A stretch of DNA of 64,000 nucleotides, filler included, from Barthelona sp. PAP020 (GCA_040182905.1; 15 parts of 15 records of this genome joined end to end with filler, not necessarily neighbours in it), one strand, 5' to 3'. Positions 43,841-55,726 are shown, counted from the first letter of the whole stretch. The notes: a model not told the origin generated them from the sequence alone. Program-made: numbers and translations.

Positions 43841-44845
43841 TCATACTCTTTGTTTTTGATCATTAGTGTGAAACAAAGTGGCAGTTTTGATTATGTTATC
43901 TAAATACGAATAACGAGGGGTAAAATCCAATTTTTCTTTTGCTAATTCTGGATCTGCAATTAGAATATCCGGATCACCGATCCTTCTAGGTGTTTCTTCG
44001 ATAATTGCCTGATATTGAGGAAGATAATCACAAATTTTGTTGATCACTTCTTTTACACTGTATCCCTTTCCTGTTCCAACATTTAATTTAATTGATTCAT
44101 TCCCTTTTCTCAAGTATTCTATGGCCAAATAATGAACTTCTGCCAAATCCTCAACATGTATGAAGTCTCGCACAGCTGTTCCATCTGGGGTGTTAAAATC
44201 ATTTCCGAAAATTTTAAACGGTTTATTGTGCATTATGGCATCAATTGCCAAAGGTATCAAATGAGTTTCTCTTTTATGACATTCACCAATTTGGCCTGAT
44301 TTATGTGCTCCTGCTGCATTAAAATATCTCAAAGATACAAAAGAAAAATCTTTATCTTTGGATGAATCCGACAAATCTTGAATGATTTCTTCAACCATTG
44401 CTTTCGTTCTTCCATAAGCACTTATCGGTTTCATTTCCGCATCATATTTAATGGGTATTGATTCAGGTTTTCCGAAAACTGCTGCGGAAGAGCTAAAAAC
44501 AAAGTTCTTGCAATGAAACTCTTTCATAATTTTTAAAACATTAATTGTCCCTAATACATTTGTGTCATAAAATTCTAATGGATTTGTTATCGATTCACCA
44601 ACTTCAATTCTGCCAGCTAAATGAATTACAGTTTCAATGTCAAAATTTTGGAATAAATCATTTAATTCATCAATTTTTCTTATATCTCCTTTGATAAAAT
44701 GAACATTTTCATGAGAAGGAACATTTTTAATATTACCGGAAGATAAATCATCGAAAATCACTATCTTTTCACCTACTTCTAATAATTTCTTAACAACATG
44801 CGATCCAATATATCCTGCACCACCTATTACAGCAACAAATTGCAT
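43841..44845 (-). CDS. galE: UDP-glucose 4-epimerase
   Basis: GGAGYIGSH, FSSSAAVFG, YGRTK, LRYFNAAGA, ETHLIP and DGTAVRDFIHV.DLA. Confidence 0.95.
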   Translation of the reverse strand: MQFVAVIGGAGYIGSHVVKKLLEVGEKIVIFDDLSSGNIKNVPSHENVHFIKGDIRKIDELNDLFQNFDIETVIHLAGRIEVGESITNPLEFYDTNVLGTINVLKIMKEFHCKNFVFSSSAAVFGKPESIPIKYDAEMKPISAYGRTKAMVEEIIQDLSDSSKDKDFSFVSLRYFNAAGAHKSGQIGECHKRETHLIPLAIDAIMHNKPFKIFGNDFNTPDGTAVRDFIHVEDLAEVHYLAIEYLRKGNESIKLNVGTGKGYSVKEVINKICDYLPQYQAIIEETPRRIGDPDILIADPELAKEKLDFTPRYSYLDNIIKTATLFHTNDQKQRV

Positions 44846-45015
44846 ATTTAAAATGTTAAATGTAGATTTATAATCATATGGATGTTTTTACGAACCATGA
44901 TAAAAAAATATACAAATATTTACAACAAATCAAAAAAAAATATTGAAAACTCAAATTAATTAAAAAATTTAACCTTGCATGAAGAGAGAGTTTTGGTTAG
45001 GGTTTTCAAATGAAT

Positions 45016-45936
45016 TTAATTAATTTGTATTGAAGGAACAAAATTTTCAACATTTAATGATTCTTTTTCATTAACTTTAATAGGTGATGCTTGTAACTGC
45101 TCTAATCTGTCAACACACTCTTGTAAATCATTACACAATTTTTCATATTTGGGCAACAATTTTGACTTTCTGTAAAATAATATCTGATTGGAATGACGAA
45201 CAATTTGAATTTCCTGAGAGAGCTTATTGTAGAGTTCTTTGCAACGAGCTAATTTAGAACGAACTTCAGGTAAAGCAGAAGGATCTGTTTGTAAATCACA
45301 ATAGTGATATTTTAAATGTTTAGAACAGAACATAAACTCTTTCAAAACAACTTCCTTGCATCTCTTTCCATCTCCAATTTCTTTTCCAAAATTACTTCTA
45401 CACTTACAATAAATACTACTGGGATCAGACTCGATATGCTCAGCACAATATTCTGGTTTTTCACCAATATATTCCATCAAGGCAGGATTACGACAAGGTT
45501 TTCCTGTCTTTTTGTTTTTGGCACAGCAAGGTTGATAATCAGGTCGATCTCTGTGAGATTTTTTTGCTTTGTTCTTTTCAGAAATCTTAGACATAGATTT
45601 TTCAATAGAAGTGGAATTATTTGGATAAGCATTATGATTATGAACAGGAGCTACTTGGAATGAAGGAAAAAAAGGATATTGACCAGGAAAGCCAAAAGGT
45701 ATTGGCTGAAATCCAAATTGTGAGTAAAAGAATGGATTATTCATTTGAGAATTCATGCTTTGTGCATTGCCAACTGGTGAATCAGTTGAAGAAACACTGG
45801 AAGCATCTGAACTGTCAGGAAAAGGAGAAAATTGAGCATATGGAAGAACGATCGGAAAGCCATGATTGCTATAATCGAAAGGAAAGGTAGTTGGTATCAC
45901 AAAAGGCGTGTTAGGTGCAGCAGAATTTCCTTTCAT
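45016..45936 (-). CDS. Tandem C3H zinc-finger protein (putative transcription regulator)
   Basis: C.A.....GKPC.N....YCAEH and C.........RC......FCSKH, with a P/F/S-rich N-terminus. Confidence 0.7.
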   Translation of the reverse strand: MKGNSAAPNTPFVIPTTFPFDYSNHGFPIVLPYAQFSPFPDSSDASSVSSTDSPVGNAQSMNSQMNNPFFYSQFGFQPIPFGFPGQYPFFPSFQVAPVHNHNAYPNNSTSIEKSMSKISEKNKAKKSHRDRPDYQPCCAKNKKTGKPCRNPALMEYIGEKPEYCAEHIESDPSSIYCKCRSNFGKEIGDGKRCKEVVLKEFMFCSKHLKYHYCDLQTDPSALPEVRSKLARCKELYNKLSQEIQIVRHSNQILFYRKSKLLPKYEKLCNDLQECVDRLEQLQASPIKVNEKESLNVENFVPSIQIN

Positions 45937-46288
45937 TTTAGAAAACAAAAAAATCAACAAAGAAAGAAAACAATCATTTTTTGGGAATTTTTTTTTTCTT
46001 TATAATTTTGAGTATTTATTCTTTATATTTGCATATTTATATATATTTCGACATAATAAAATAAAAAATTTATAATTTTTTTTTTGGTTTTTTTTTTAAA
46101 ATTAAAAATGATCATTCAATAATTTTTGAAGAATTTTATGATTTCTGTGATGAAAAATCCCAAATAAAAAAATTTTGTTTTTGTGGATTAATTATAATTC
46201 TTTGAAATTAAATATCAATCAGAAATTACACTTTTGTCAATTGATAATGATTTTGTAATTGATGTAAAAAAAAAAAAGGTTTGTACAT

Positions 46289-47023
46289 TTAAATGGAATT
46301 CAATGAAGTTTTCATTAAAGTATTGAATTTGGTCAAAGAACAGACAGAGGGTACGGTATACGCATTTTGTACCTCTTTACTGATGTTGTATGATTGTGAA
46401 ATATCAAAGATATCAATTGGAAGATTTGATTTGAAGAAAAAATAAAAATTTTTTTTTAAATTAACAACCAAATGGTTGAGTTGCTCAAAATTTTGAAAAA
46501 ATGTGTAAGTTTCTTTTTCAAATATTGATTTTTTAATTAATTTCAGAACATTGTCAGAAGTTGAAAAATGACATTTTATAGCCATTAGTTCTCTTTCAAG
46601 AAATTCTTCTAGATATATTGATTGGTCAAAGTTAGCATTAAAAATAAATTCATTGCTGTTTTCATTGTCAAACAAAGAAAAATTAGTAATTATTGGCTGA
46701 ATATGACCAATCAGAACAAGATACCGGAAGCGTAAAGGAAATATAGCCTCTGAATCTACCAATAATTGAGAACAGTTTTCGAAAGTGGAAGATATACCCA
46801 ATCTATCAGGAAATAGCAAATAATTGTCAATTGTATTGTTACAAAGAAAACATCTACTTATTTTACCAAATTTAAATAATGAATAAAAACAGGAAATACA
46901 AATTGAGTGTTCACAATTCAAAAAAATTACTGCAGTCCAATCAAGTTTATTGGAACGACATATCGGGCAAAAAAAGGATAAATTTGTGGGATTTAGTTCA
47001 TTACTATTTGGATCATCCGTCAT
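46289..47023 (-). CDS. RING finger (C3HC4) protein
   Basis: CPIC..x..CEHSICISC..x..CFLC. Confidence 0.8.
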   Translation of the reverse strand: MTDDPNSNELNPTNLSFFCPICRSNKLDWTAVIFLNCEHSICISCFYSLFKFGKISRCFLCNNTIDNYLLFPDRLGISSTFENCSQLLVDSEAIFPLRFRYLVLIGHIQPIITNFSLFDNENSNEFIFNANFDQSIYLEEFLERELMAIKCHFSTSDNVLKLIKKSIFEKETYTFFQNFEQLNHLVVNLKKNFYFFFKSNLPIDIFDISQSYNISKEVQNAYTVPSVCSLTKFNTLMKTSLNSI

Positions 47024-47112
47024 AAATACATAAATACATGATATTTGATTGAAAAGAGGTTTTTGTCCTTTTTAAAAATTGTTTTTTTTTTAAATTCATT
47101 TGTACAAACAAT

Positions 47113-47194
47113 ATGTCATTGGAGGCGAGTCCTGAAATTATCCATTTTTCAGGATTTCAGGTTGGAAATTACTACAAACAGAATGTATCGATTG
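47113..47194 (+). CDS. N-terminal fragment of a CFAP221/PCDP1-like ciliary protein
   Basis: MSLEASPEIIHFSGFQVGNYYKQNVSI resembles the P.v.HF.Gf..g...Q motif. Only 27 aa are visible. Confidence 0.4.
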
Positions 47195-47513
47195 NNNNNN
47201 NNNNNNNNNNNNNNNNNNNNNNNNNNNNNNNNNNNNNNTTAATTAATTAANNNNNNNNNNNNNNNNNNNNNNNNNNNNNNNNNNNNNNNNNNNNCATTAA
47301 CACATAAATTATTAATAATACAACTATAGTTATAACACTAATAGTAACAACACGACAACTACAACCCATAATTAATAAAAAAAATCAAGACATTTTTCTT
47401 TGCAGAATTAAGTTTATCTCACTTTTTTTCAAGTTATTTTGTTGTCAAGAAATCATAGACAACAAAAAAAGATATAAAATTAAATAAAATATAACTTTAT
47501 AAATTTTCCAAAA

Positions 47514-50500
47514 TTAACTTGGTTCTATTGTAATGTAGAAAGATTTAGGCAGATAAATTAGCTTTAACTCTATATCTGAATCTACAATGTTTAAATCTTC
47601 CATCAAAAAGGCGATATAAATGTTTTTAAGAAGATATTCATTTTTATCATCTTCTAATATTGTAATTTTTTCCAACAAAGCTAATTTAGTTGCAATAACT
47701 ACTTCTTCATCAACTTCATTTTTAATCTTTTCAAGATATGAATACAGATTTTGCAAAATATTTACCAAAAACGAAAAAGATCTTTTTTCCAACTCGAAAA
47801 GATGTTCCCTAACGGTTTTTGAAGGCATTATCTCTTCAATTTGAGATCTGATCACTGATTTTAGGTCTATTAAAATGGAAAGAGCATTGTTTGTTGATGT
47901 TACATTTGTATCATTAATTTTAAATTTTTCACCCTTTTTCAATTTTTCTTTGATAAAGGTAACTCTTTGGGTTTGGACTTTCAGTAAATCATGAAATTGA
48001 ATTGATTGTGGAGATATGCTAGCATTATTCAAAAGCAATACTGAATTTGAGATGTTACTAGTGTTACTTGGTGACAAAATTTCATCATCCTCTTTTGAAG
48101 TTTCACTTGAACCCACCTTTTTGAATCCAAAAATTGGGTCGACAAAGAATCTGCATAAGTTGAATGGAGGTACCAGGCAAATGAGTTTTTTGGGGGTTTT
48201 GTTTGAAAATTTTGGTGAATGATAGCAACACCATTGAATCATTGCAACGACCAAAAATGCAATCGTTCCAATCACAACAATTATCCAAGGAAAACTTTCT
48301 GATGTTTTACAAGGCATGCAAAGAGATCGTTCCGGATTAACGCATGTATTTGGAGGACATGAAAGGGGAACAGCTGAACCTACTGGGCAATATTTATCAA
48401 TAGGACATTCAACACACTTATAATCCTCATCACTAAAATAATAACCAGCTTCACATGTAGCTACTGAGCTATTATAACAGGACATTCCAATCAAACATGG
48501 TAGACAGGAAGTAGTGTTTGAATATGTGTTTGTCGGACATTTAATTGGCAATTCTGATGGATTTGGACAAATGTGTTGACTTGGGCATATGTTACATGAA
48601 AAAGCACCATTTTCAGAATATTCCCCTAATTGGCAAATTTTTGGGGCAGAATCTCCTGAACACCAATACCCTGCAGGACATATTGTACAATTATTTGATC
48701 CAATAGCACTGAAAGTCCCTGGATTACATTGAATTTCTTTGCCCTCAATGCAATAGTGATTTGTGCTGCAAAGTATACAATTTCCATCAATACCCACAAA
48801 ACCACTCGGACATAGTTGTGGCAAAACTGTGGGATCTGAGCAGAAATTAAAAGGCGGACATTCATTACATGTTGAACTTCCTTCTACACTGTAACTCCCA
48901 GCAGGGCATGCAGATTGAACACCATCAACACATTTATAACCCTTTAAGCAAGTTACAGGTAATTTTGTTGGGTCTGCACAAGTGAATCCATCTGGACATT
49001 TCACACATGATGTAGATCCTTCCAAACTATAAAAATCTGGAGAGCAAATTGATTTTTTGAAACCATTGCACTGATATCCTGCTGGACAAATTAAACAAAC
49101 ACTTTCTCCTAACGGTGAATATTCGTTTTCTTTGCATTGTACAGGGACACCATCAAGAGGACACGAATAACCTTCAGGACAAGGTACACAAGAAATAGAT
49201 CCAACCGTAGCATAAGTTCCTACTTGGCATTCTCTTTTAATAGACATTGAAGGGCATTCAAAATTCAAAGGGCAAATTTCGCAAAGTTCAGTAGTATTTT
49301 TAAAATATCCAAGGCCACAAACAACGATCTCTGTAATATTGGAAACTTCAGTTAAATTGTAACACTCAAATGCCCCTGGTTGACTAATTAAACCAATGGC
49401 ACAAGAAATTGGCTGAGAAGAATTTGATGGGCAATAAAATCCTGAGGGACATATTTGACATGTTCCTGACCCCAATGTTGAATAAGTGCCTTTGGGACAC
49501 AGTGTTATTGTTGTAGTGGTACATTGGCTCCCACCTGGACAAAGAATACATGAAGTGCTTCCACCAATATTAGAATAGGTCCCAGATGCACATGCTATGG
49601 CTGATGTTCCATTTGTGTAAAACCCAGGTTGTACAATTACACAAGATGTTCTGTTTTCATTACTGTATGTACCAGTGGGACATTGAATACACGAGGAACT
49701 TCCTGCTTGAGAAAAGAATCCAGGATTACATTTTGCAGGCATTGAACTTACAGAAGCACAATAGCTCCCAGCAGGACATAGGGAACATTTATCTGTTCCA
49801 ATATTTGAATATTGACCCACCATACAATTTGAACATACTGTTGCTCCAGCATCTGAAAATGTTCCTTTTCCGCACAAAATAGGTGCTGAACCTCCAACTG
49901 GACAGTAACTTCCTGCTGGGCAACTAATACATTCAGATGAATTTGATGCACTGTATGTTCCATTTGAACACAAGTTGCAATTTTCCGAACCAACACCCGA
50001 AAAAGACCCAGCTGGACACTTAATAGGTAAAGAAGAGCCGATAGAACAAAAACTTCCTGCAGGGCAAATTGTACAAGTTGACGAACCATTATTGCTGTAT
50101 GTTCCACCACTGCATTTTGAACAACTACCACTTTGTTCAACACTGTATGTTCCAGCAGAACATAGTAATGGTACTGAAGAATTAGTAGGACAATATGAAC
50201 CTGCTGGACAATTAGAACAAGCTGAGGATCCAGCTGAACTATACTTTCCAGTTGGACAAACTATTGGAGCTTTAGTTCCTTCAGATTCACAATAATATCC
50301 TGCCGGACAAAGCTTACAGCTGCTTGCTCCTGCCAAACTGTACGAGCCTTTGGGACAAATTACAGCAGCCTTCCAGGTTTCATTGCAATAATAGCCAGCT
50401 TCACATTGTGTACATATAGTTGCACCTCCCAGTGAATAGTATCCCACTGAACAACTGATAGGTGCATCATTTGAACTCAAACATGCAAATCCTTGAGGAC

Positions 50501-50978
50501 ATTTAGTACATGAAGAGGATTTGATCTGACTAAAATAACCGCTGGCACAATTTATTGGTATTACTGTTCCATTTGCTGGACAATAAGATCCTGATGGACA
50601 GTCTAAACATACATTGCTCTTGCCAGACGAATAGGTCCCATTAGGACAAATAACAGGTTCTATACAAGGACTAAGACAATATGATCCCGCTGTACAATCA
50701 GAACATTGGGTGCTTTTAGCAGTTGAATAGGTTCCATCAGGGCAAACTTTTTTACTGGTAGAATCACAATAATATCCAGCGTCACAATCTAAACATGCGG
50801 TGCTATTGGCGGTTGAATATGTCCCCGCAGGACAGGCTGTTCTATTAGTAGAATTACAATAATATCCAGCTTCGCAATTCACACAAATGTTATTTTGAAC
50901 ATACTGAGTTTGTAAACATGTTAAACAATTTCCATAATAAAGACATAAAATGACAATGAAAATAATTTTTGATAGCAT
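47514..50978 (-). CDS. Cysteine-rich type I membrane surface protein (GCC2/GCC3, ephrin-receptor-like repeats)
   Basis: Signal peptide, many C.AG.YC / CP.GTYS....C..C repeats, a TM segment WIIVVIGTIAFLVVAMI and a cytoplasmic tail. Confidence 0.9.
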   Translation of the reverse strand: MLSKIIFIVILCLYYGNCLTCLQTQYVQNNICVNCEAGYYCNSTNRTACPAGTYSTANSTACLDCDAGYYCDSTSKKVCPDGTYSTAKSTQCSDCTAGSYCLSPCIEPVICPNGTYSSGKSNVCLDCPSGSYCPANGTVIPINCASGYFSQIKSSSCTKCPQGFACLSSNDAPISCSVGYYSLGGATICTQCEAGYYCNETWKAAVICPKGSYSLAGASSCKLCPAGYYCESEGTKAPIVCPTGKYSSAGSSACSNCPAGSYCPTNSSVPLLCSAGTYSVEQSGSCSKCSGGTYSNNGSSTCTICPAGSFCSIGSSLPIKCPAGSFSGVGSENCNLCSNGTYSASNSSECISCPAGSYCPVGGSAPILCGKGTFSDAGATVCSNCMVGQYSNIGTDKCSLCPAGSYCASVSSMPAKCNPGFFSQAGSSSCIQCPTGTYSNENRTSCVIVQPGFYTNGTSAIACASGTYSNIGGSTSCILCPGGSQCTTTTITLCPKGTYSTLGSGTCQICPSGFYCPSNSSQPISCAIGLISQPGAFECYNLTEVSNITEIVVCGLGYFKNTTELCEICPLNFECPSMSIKRECQVGTYATVGSISCVPCPEGYSCPLDGVPVQCKENEYSPLGESVCLICPAGYQCNGFKKSICSPDFYSLEGSTSCVKCPDGFTCADPTKLPVTCLKGYKCVDGVQSACPAGSYSVEGSSTCNECPPFNFCSDPTVLPQLCPSGFVGIDGNCILCSTNHYCIEGKEIQCNPGTFSAIGSNNCTICPAGYWCSGDSAPKICQLGEYSENGAFSCNICPSQHICPNPSELPIKCPTNTYSNTTSCLPCLIGMSCYNSSVATCEAGYYFSDEDYKCVECPIDKYCPVGSAVPLSCPPNTCVNPERSLCMPCKTSESFPWIIVVIGTIAFLVVAMIQWCCYHSPKFSNKTPKKLICLVPPFNLCRFFVDPIFGFKKVGSSETSKEDDEILSPSNTSNISNSVLLLNNASISPQSIQFHDLLKVQTQRVTFIKEKLKKGEKFKINDTNVTSTNNALSILIDLKSVIRSQIEEIMPSKTVREHLFELEKRSFSFLVNILQNLYSYLEKIKNEVDEEVVIATKLALLEKITILEDDKNEYLLKNIYIAFLMEDLNIVDSDIELKLIYLPKSFYITIEPS

Positions 50979-51112
50979 CAGCTATTGGAAAAAACTAATG
51001 TATATTAATAATACATGAATAGGATTAAATGATAGTGCGATACTTTTTCAATCCCGGTAATTTACGAAGTTGTGTAAAAAAAAAATGTAAAAATAATGAT
51101 TTACCTATTTCA

Positions 51113-51431
51113 TTATTCGAGACTAACAATGGGTTCTTTTTTCATAATTGAAAAAGCAGAAAATGAATGTGAATAGAAATCCTCAACAGTGGGAATTTGA
51201 TAAGCTGTTGTGATACTCTTTGCTTTTTTCTTTAATTGACTTGAAATAAATTCATCTAAAGACAATTTAATGAAATCGCTGGGCATAATAGCTTCTGGTT
51301 TAAGTTCTTCCCAAAACTTTTCCGCCATAGATTTTATAGACAAATGCCAATGATCTTTCATCAACAACAATTCCCATGCAGAAGAACGTAATGCATTATC
51401 AGGAACATAGTCCAATGGATCAAATAAATCA
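51113..51431 (-). CDS. Hypothetical protein, C-terminal part
   Basis: Open frame from the linker to the stop at 51113. Confidence 0.5.
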
Positions 51432-51531
51432 NNNNNNNNNNNNNNNNNNNNNNNNNNNNNNNNNNNNNNNNNNNNTTAATTAATTAANNNNNNNNNNNNN
51501 NNNNNNNNNNNNNNNNNNNNNNNNNNNNNNN

Positions 51532-51675
51532 AAAATTGATTCTCTCACCAAATCTCTCAATTAATTCTTCAGTATTATTGGTTTCAATTAATTTTTCAAC
51601 TTCATTTTTGGTTTTCTCATTTTGATCTAACCTCAACCAAGTTTCAATTGAATTTTGAATTTTTTCTGTTAACAT
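51532..51675 (-). CDS. PGM2: Phosphoglucomutase-2/phosphopentomutase family, N-terminal fragment
   Basis: WLRLDQNEKT..EV..L....N.EEL..RFG.RI.F immediately precedes the expected GTAG motif. Confidence 0.7.
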
Positions 51676-51969
51676 TTAAAAAGTAAAACACAGGAGTGTG
51701 GTGTCGTCTTGAAAAGTCAGATTTTTTTAATTTGTTTTTGTATTATAAAGGAAGATTCAGATTTTTACACGATTAAAGTTATTAAATATTGGGTTTAGAG
51801 GATTCTATTGTTTGGAAAATTTGATCACCATTTTCATGCTGATAAATTGAAATTGTATCATTTATATTCTGTTGTTCAAAAATTCATTAGATTATTAAGA
51901 TAGTTTCTTTTCTATGAAGAAGAAGGAAAAAAAAACAAGGAAAGACTTATATTTTCTTCATTTAAATAC

Positions 51970-53490
51970 ATGCCAAGTCGTTCAATTCAAGAAGCTGTAG
52001 GTATTTAAAATTATTTTATTGACAAAAATACTAACAAAATAGACTTATCCTTCAATGGAGTTTCAGATTGTATCAATCTTGCAAATCAATTATCTAATGG
52101 GATTCGACATGGATTAAATGATGAACGAGTGATGCAAATAGAGTTAAATTATGCAATAGATGTAACGAAACAAGCACATTCAAATTTACGTTTGCAATTG
52201 CAAAAGATTATTCCAGAAATTAGAGAACATCATCAAAAGTTTGAATCTTCCAAGATTCGTAAACAATTTCGAAATCATTCTGCTTTAAATGATAAGTTTA
52301 AAGAGTTTTTTGATTTAATATTTAACGTTGAAAATACTTCTTCTGTTGTTAGAACACATAAGAATCAAAATAAATACGGAGACGTTAAACCCACTTCATC
52401 ATTGAATTCTTCTCCAGTTTTTGGTTTTTCAAAAACAAATTCATCTGCAAATTATGAAAGTGTTTCATCTGATTCTGTTTCTTCAACTGGGTATTCTTCT
52501 TATTCCGGTGGTTATTCTAATGAACCCACTAGAAAGGAAAAATCTACATCCTCAACTTCTATTTTCAATAATGTCAATTTGTTTGGGGAAAAAAAGTCCA
52601 ATAATGTTCCATCTCACAAAGTGAGTTCTGTGGATACTCGTTTTCATCAAGGTACTTCAAGTGCTGATTTGATTCCATCGTATATTACTGAGAGCACGCC
52701 ACTTTCTCCGATGGAAGTTGGTGAATTAGCAAATAACACATTCAATACTAATGTAGAGTCTGTTAATAACAATGAAATAATGAATACTAGCACCTCAAAT
52801 GTAGTTTATAAAGCTGTCTCCAGTGGCATTGTTGAGAAAAAACTCATCGAAGATATCACAATTCCCAAGGGTTTAAAAGCCATTCCTGTTGAATCTGCGA
52901 TGTTGAAGATGGCCAACACTTTGATCAAATGCGATTTGAATATTGTTATTGATGGTATTGTTGATGTTCTAAGGGGAAATGCCACTTCCAGTGTTTTTTT
53001 ACGTGTTTTGACGATTATTCATTTCTTTATAATGAAGAAGTATTTAAAAGTTACTGATGCATCTCCAATAATTGATTTGCTTTATGCTAAACAAGATAAT
53101 TTCACTTCCTCACATCAAACAAAATTCATTGAGTTGATCAGATTAATAGAAAATAACAACACCTCATCTCAAATATCTCCCGCAAATGAAAGTGTTCAGG
53201 ATGATCTCTTATTTAGTATAAATCACCACCAAACAGAAACCACTGATTTGCTTTTTGAAACAAAACCTTTGAAATTAGATGTTCCTCCACAAAAATCAAA
53301 TAACAATATGGATAATGCGAATGATTTGTTAGGCCTTTTCAATGCTTCAAAACCAAATGTCGTCACTCAATCAAATGCTTCATTTGAATCAAAACCTCTT
53401 ATTTCTTTGTTTGATACATCACCAAAACCAACAATAAATCCAAAAGATACAAAACAAGACTCTTTTGATGATTTTTTTGACAATTTATAG
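51970..53490 (+). CDS. Tepsin-like (AP-4 accessory ENTH/VHS) protein, join(51970..52000,52043..53490)
   Basis: A 42-nt intron GTATTT..ACTAACAAAATAG restores the frame. EKKLIEDITIPKGLKAIP resembles the tepsin tVHS domain. DLL/DLF motifs occur in the tail. Confidence 0.55.
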
Positions 53491-53770
53491 TTGCCTGCTT
53501 TTTTGGTAATTTGTAAAAAATTTTTACTTTTTATTTGTATTTAGAATTATTCACGTTACCAAAAAATTATTTCCAAATATTCTTTTGATTAATTTTAAAT
53601 TGCAAAGAAAACATGGAAGAATAACAAGTTTTTTCTCAAGCATTCACTCTAATAATCGAAGAATATTACCTTAATGACGTCATTAGTAAAAACTTGGGTC
53701 TCAATTGTGTTGAAAGTTCAGAAACCATTTTCCACAAAAAATAAAATTAAAATACACATTTTACAAAAAA

Positions 53771-54460
53771 TTACGCAACAGTTAAATCATCATTATAATA
53801 TAAAAATATAGCAGGTATATATTCTTCTTCAATCAAACCAGAAATATGCTGATATGACTTAACATTGTCAACACCATTTTCATCCAAAGTTTTGTCCATA
53901 TCTAATTTTTCGCCTTGCCATTTCCAAGTGTATGATGCACAATGTGCGTTAAATGAAAGATATCTTTCACAAATTTGATTGATGGTTTCTTCAGCAGGAA
54001 CAACAATGATATCTTCAGATTTTGTCAAAGCATTAATAATTCTTAATTTCCTGCAATCATTTGTTAAAATTCCAATAATGTAATCATAATCTTGCCACCA
54101 AGGAACTCCAACAAAATCATCTTCAGAAGGTAAACCTTTTTCATTAGGACAATGTAAGAAAGAACCATCGGGAGTAAATGGAGCAACTGCGTTCGTTTGA
54201 GGATGTATGAATGTTTTGAGATTACCAGAATTTGAATCAAACCAGTTTGAAATATCACCTCCGGCATTTTTTAATAAAGGTTCACATAGAACATTACCTT
54301 CATTTTCAATAATTAAATTTGTGATGTTAAACACTAACCCATTTAAAGAAACCCACACATCATTTGAAAAACAATGAGCTTTAACTTCAGATTCTAAAAA
54401 ATATACTTTAGGTATTGCTTCAACATCAAAACAAGCTGGAAAAGTATGATTAATACTCAT
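53771..54460 (-). CDS. CYB5D1: Cytochrome b5 domain-containing protein 1 (radial spoke)
   Basis: EV.AH....D.WVS..G.V.NIT, AG.DIS.WFD, PWW.D..Y.IG.LT, NAH.ASYTWK and LYYNDDLTVA. Confidence 0.92.
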   Translation of the reverse strand: MSINHTFPACFDVEAIPKVYFLESEVKAHCFSNDVWVSLNGLVFNITNLIIENEGNVLCEPLLKNAGGDISNWFDSNSGNLKTFIHPQTNAVAPFTPDGSFLHCPNEKGLPSEDDFVGVPWWQDYDYIIGILTNDCRKLRIINALTKSEDIIVVPAEETINQICERYLSFNAHCASYTWKWQGEKLDMDKTLDENGVDNVKSYQHISGLIEEEYIPAIFLYYNDDLTVA

Positions 54461-54537
54461 GATTCAACAGAAAATAAAATGTTTCCATAAAAGGCGATTT
54501 ATATTTTTGTTTGCATCATATTTTTGCACGACTTTAC

Positions 54538-55548
54538 ATGAGTGAATTTGTTGAAACTGTATTTGAAAATCCATTAAATGCAAAAATTACTTCAATTGGA
54601 TCATCAAATGATGGAAAATTTTTTGTTACTGTTGGTAGAAAGGATAATAATAACAATGGTACAATACATTTATGGAAAATAGGTGATAATTGTCTTAGTT
54701 ATAGGTATAATGGACCTAAAGATGATGTTTTAAGCATATCATTTCATCCTTCAAATAAGAAGTTTGTTACTTGTGGTAAAGAAAGAAGCATATATATATG
54801 GGGCACACAAGTAAATACAAAACCCATTATTTTAAAGAACATACACACCAGTTCAATCAATCAAGTTTTGTTTTCGGAAAATGGTAATTCTTTGTTTACT
54901 TGCAGTAATGATAAAAATATTAAACAATATATTTATGATCGAAATAATCACAATTATGTATTCAGTCGAAGTTTTTTGGGTCACACTCAAGGTGTTGTTT
55001 CCATTGATTTTTCTTCAATATTGAACATTTTAGTTTCAGTTTCTTCTGATAAAACTATCAGAATTTGGGACCTTCGTATGAATCAATCATTTATTGTTCG
55101 ACACCTATATGAATTGGTAAAAGTCAAGATTCATCCTTCTGGATCATTTGTGGCGGTTAGTGATGTTACTGGAGGAATTAATGTATATGACTTGAGGGAT
55201 TTATCGGACAGCCAATTAACACAGAGATATATTCATTCTGATGGATTTAAAGTGAATGACATTTCGTTTCATCGTAATGGGAGATATATGCTCACAGGTG
55301 GAGATGATTGTTCAGCTAAAATGTGGAATCTTAAGACAGGTTTGCAAGTTAAATCGTTCAATCATTCAAATGGCCCTGTAAATTGTGTGTATTTTTTGCC
55401 TGCAAGTTTTGAAGAAACCACTAATTCATCAATTACAAAGTTTGTCACCGTTTCGGATTCTACTACGTTCTTTTGGGTTTGTGAATTGGATCAAATTGAG
55501 GAATGGTGTGATTTAGGTGAGATTCCAACAGAAAAATTAGAGTTGTAA
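54538..55548 (+). CDS. POC1-like WD40 protein
   Basis: 7 WD40 repeats with POC1-like segments (AYRY.G.KD.V, FLGH, SDKTIRIWD, Q.Y..H...VN.ISFH..G.Y.LTG.DD). No C-terminal Poc1 coiled coil is visible. Confidence 0.65.
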   Translation: MSEFVETVFENPLNAKITSIGSSNDGKFFVTVGRKDNNNNGTIHLWKIGDNCLSYRYNGPKDDVLSISFHPSNKKFVTCGKERSIYIWGTQVNTKPIILKNIHTSSINQVLFSENGNSLFTCSNDKNIKQYIYDRNNHNYVFSRSFLGHTQGVVSIDFSSILNILVSVSSDKTIRIWDLRMNQSFIVRHLYELVKVKIHPSGSFVAVSDVTGGINVYDLRDLSDSQLTQRYIHSDGFKVNDISFHRNGRYMLTGGDDCSAKMWNLKTGLQVKSFNHSNGPVNCVYFLPASFEETTNSSITKFVTVSDSTTFFWVCELDQIEEWCDLGEIPTEKLEL

Positions 55549-55726
55549 AATACAAATTATTTTTTTTTTTGACACTTGTCTGTTCAGCATTGAGGTTTTG
55601 TGAATGTTGCCCATTTAAGGATTCAANNNNNNNNNNNNNNNNNNNNNNNNNNNNNNNNNNNNNNNNNNNNTTAATTAATTAANNNNNNNNNNNNNNNNNN
55701 NNNNNNNNNNNNNNNNNNNNNNNNNN

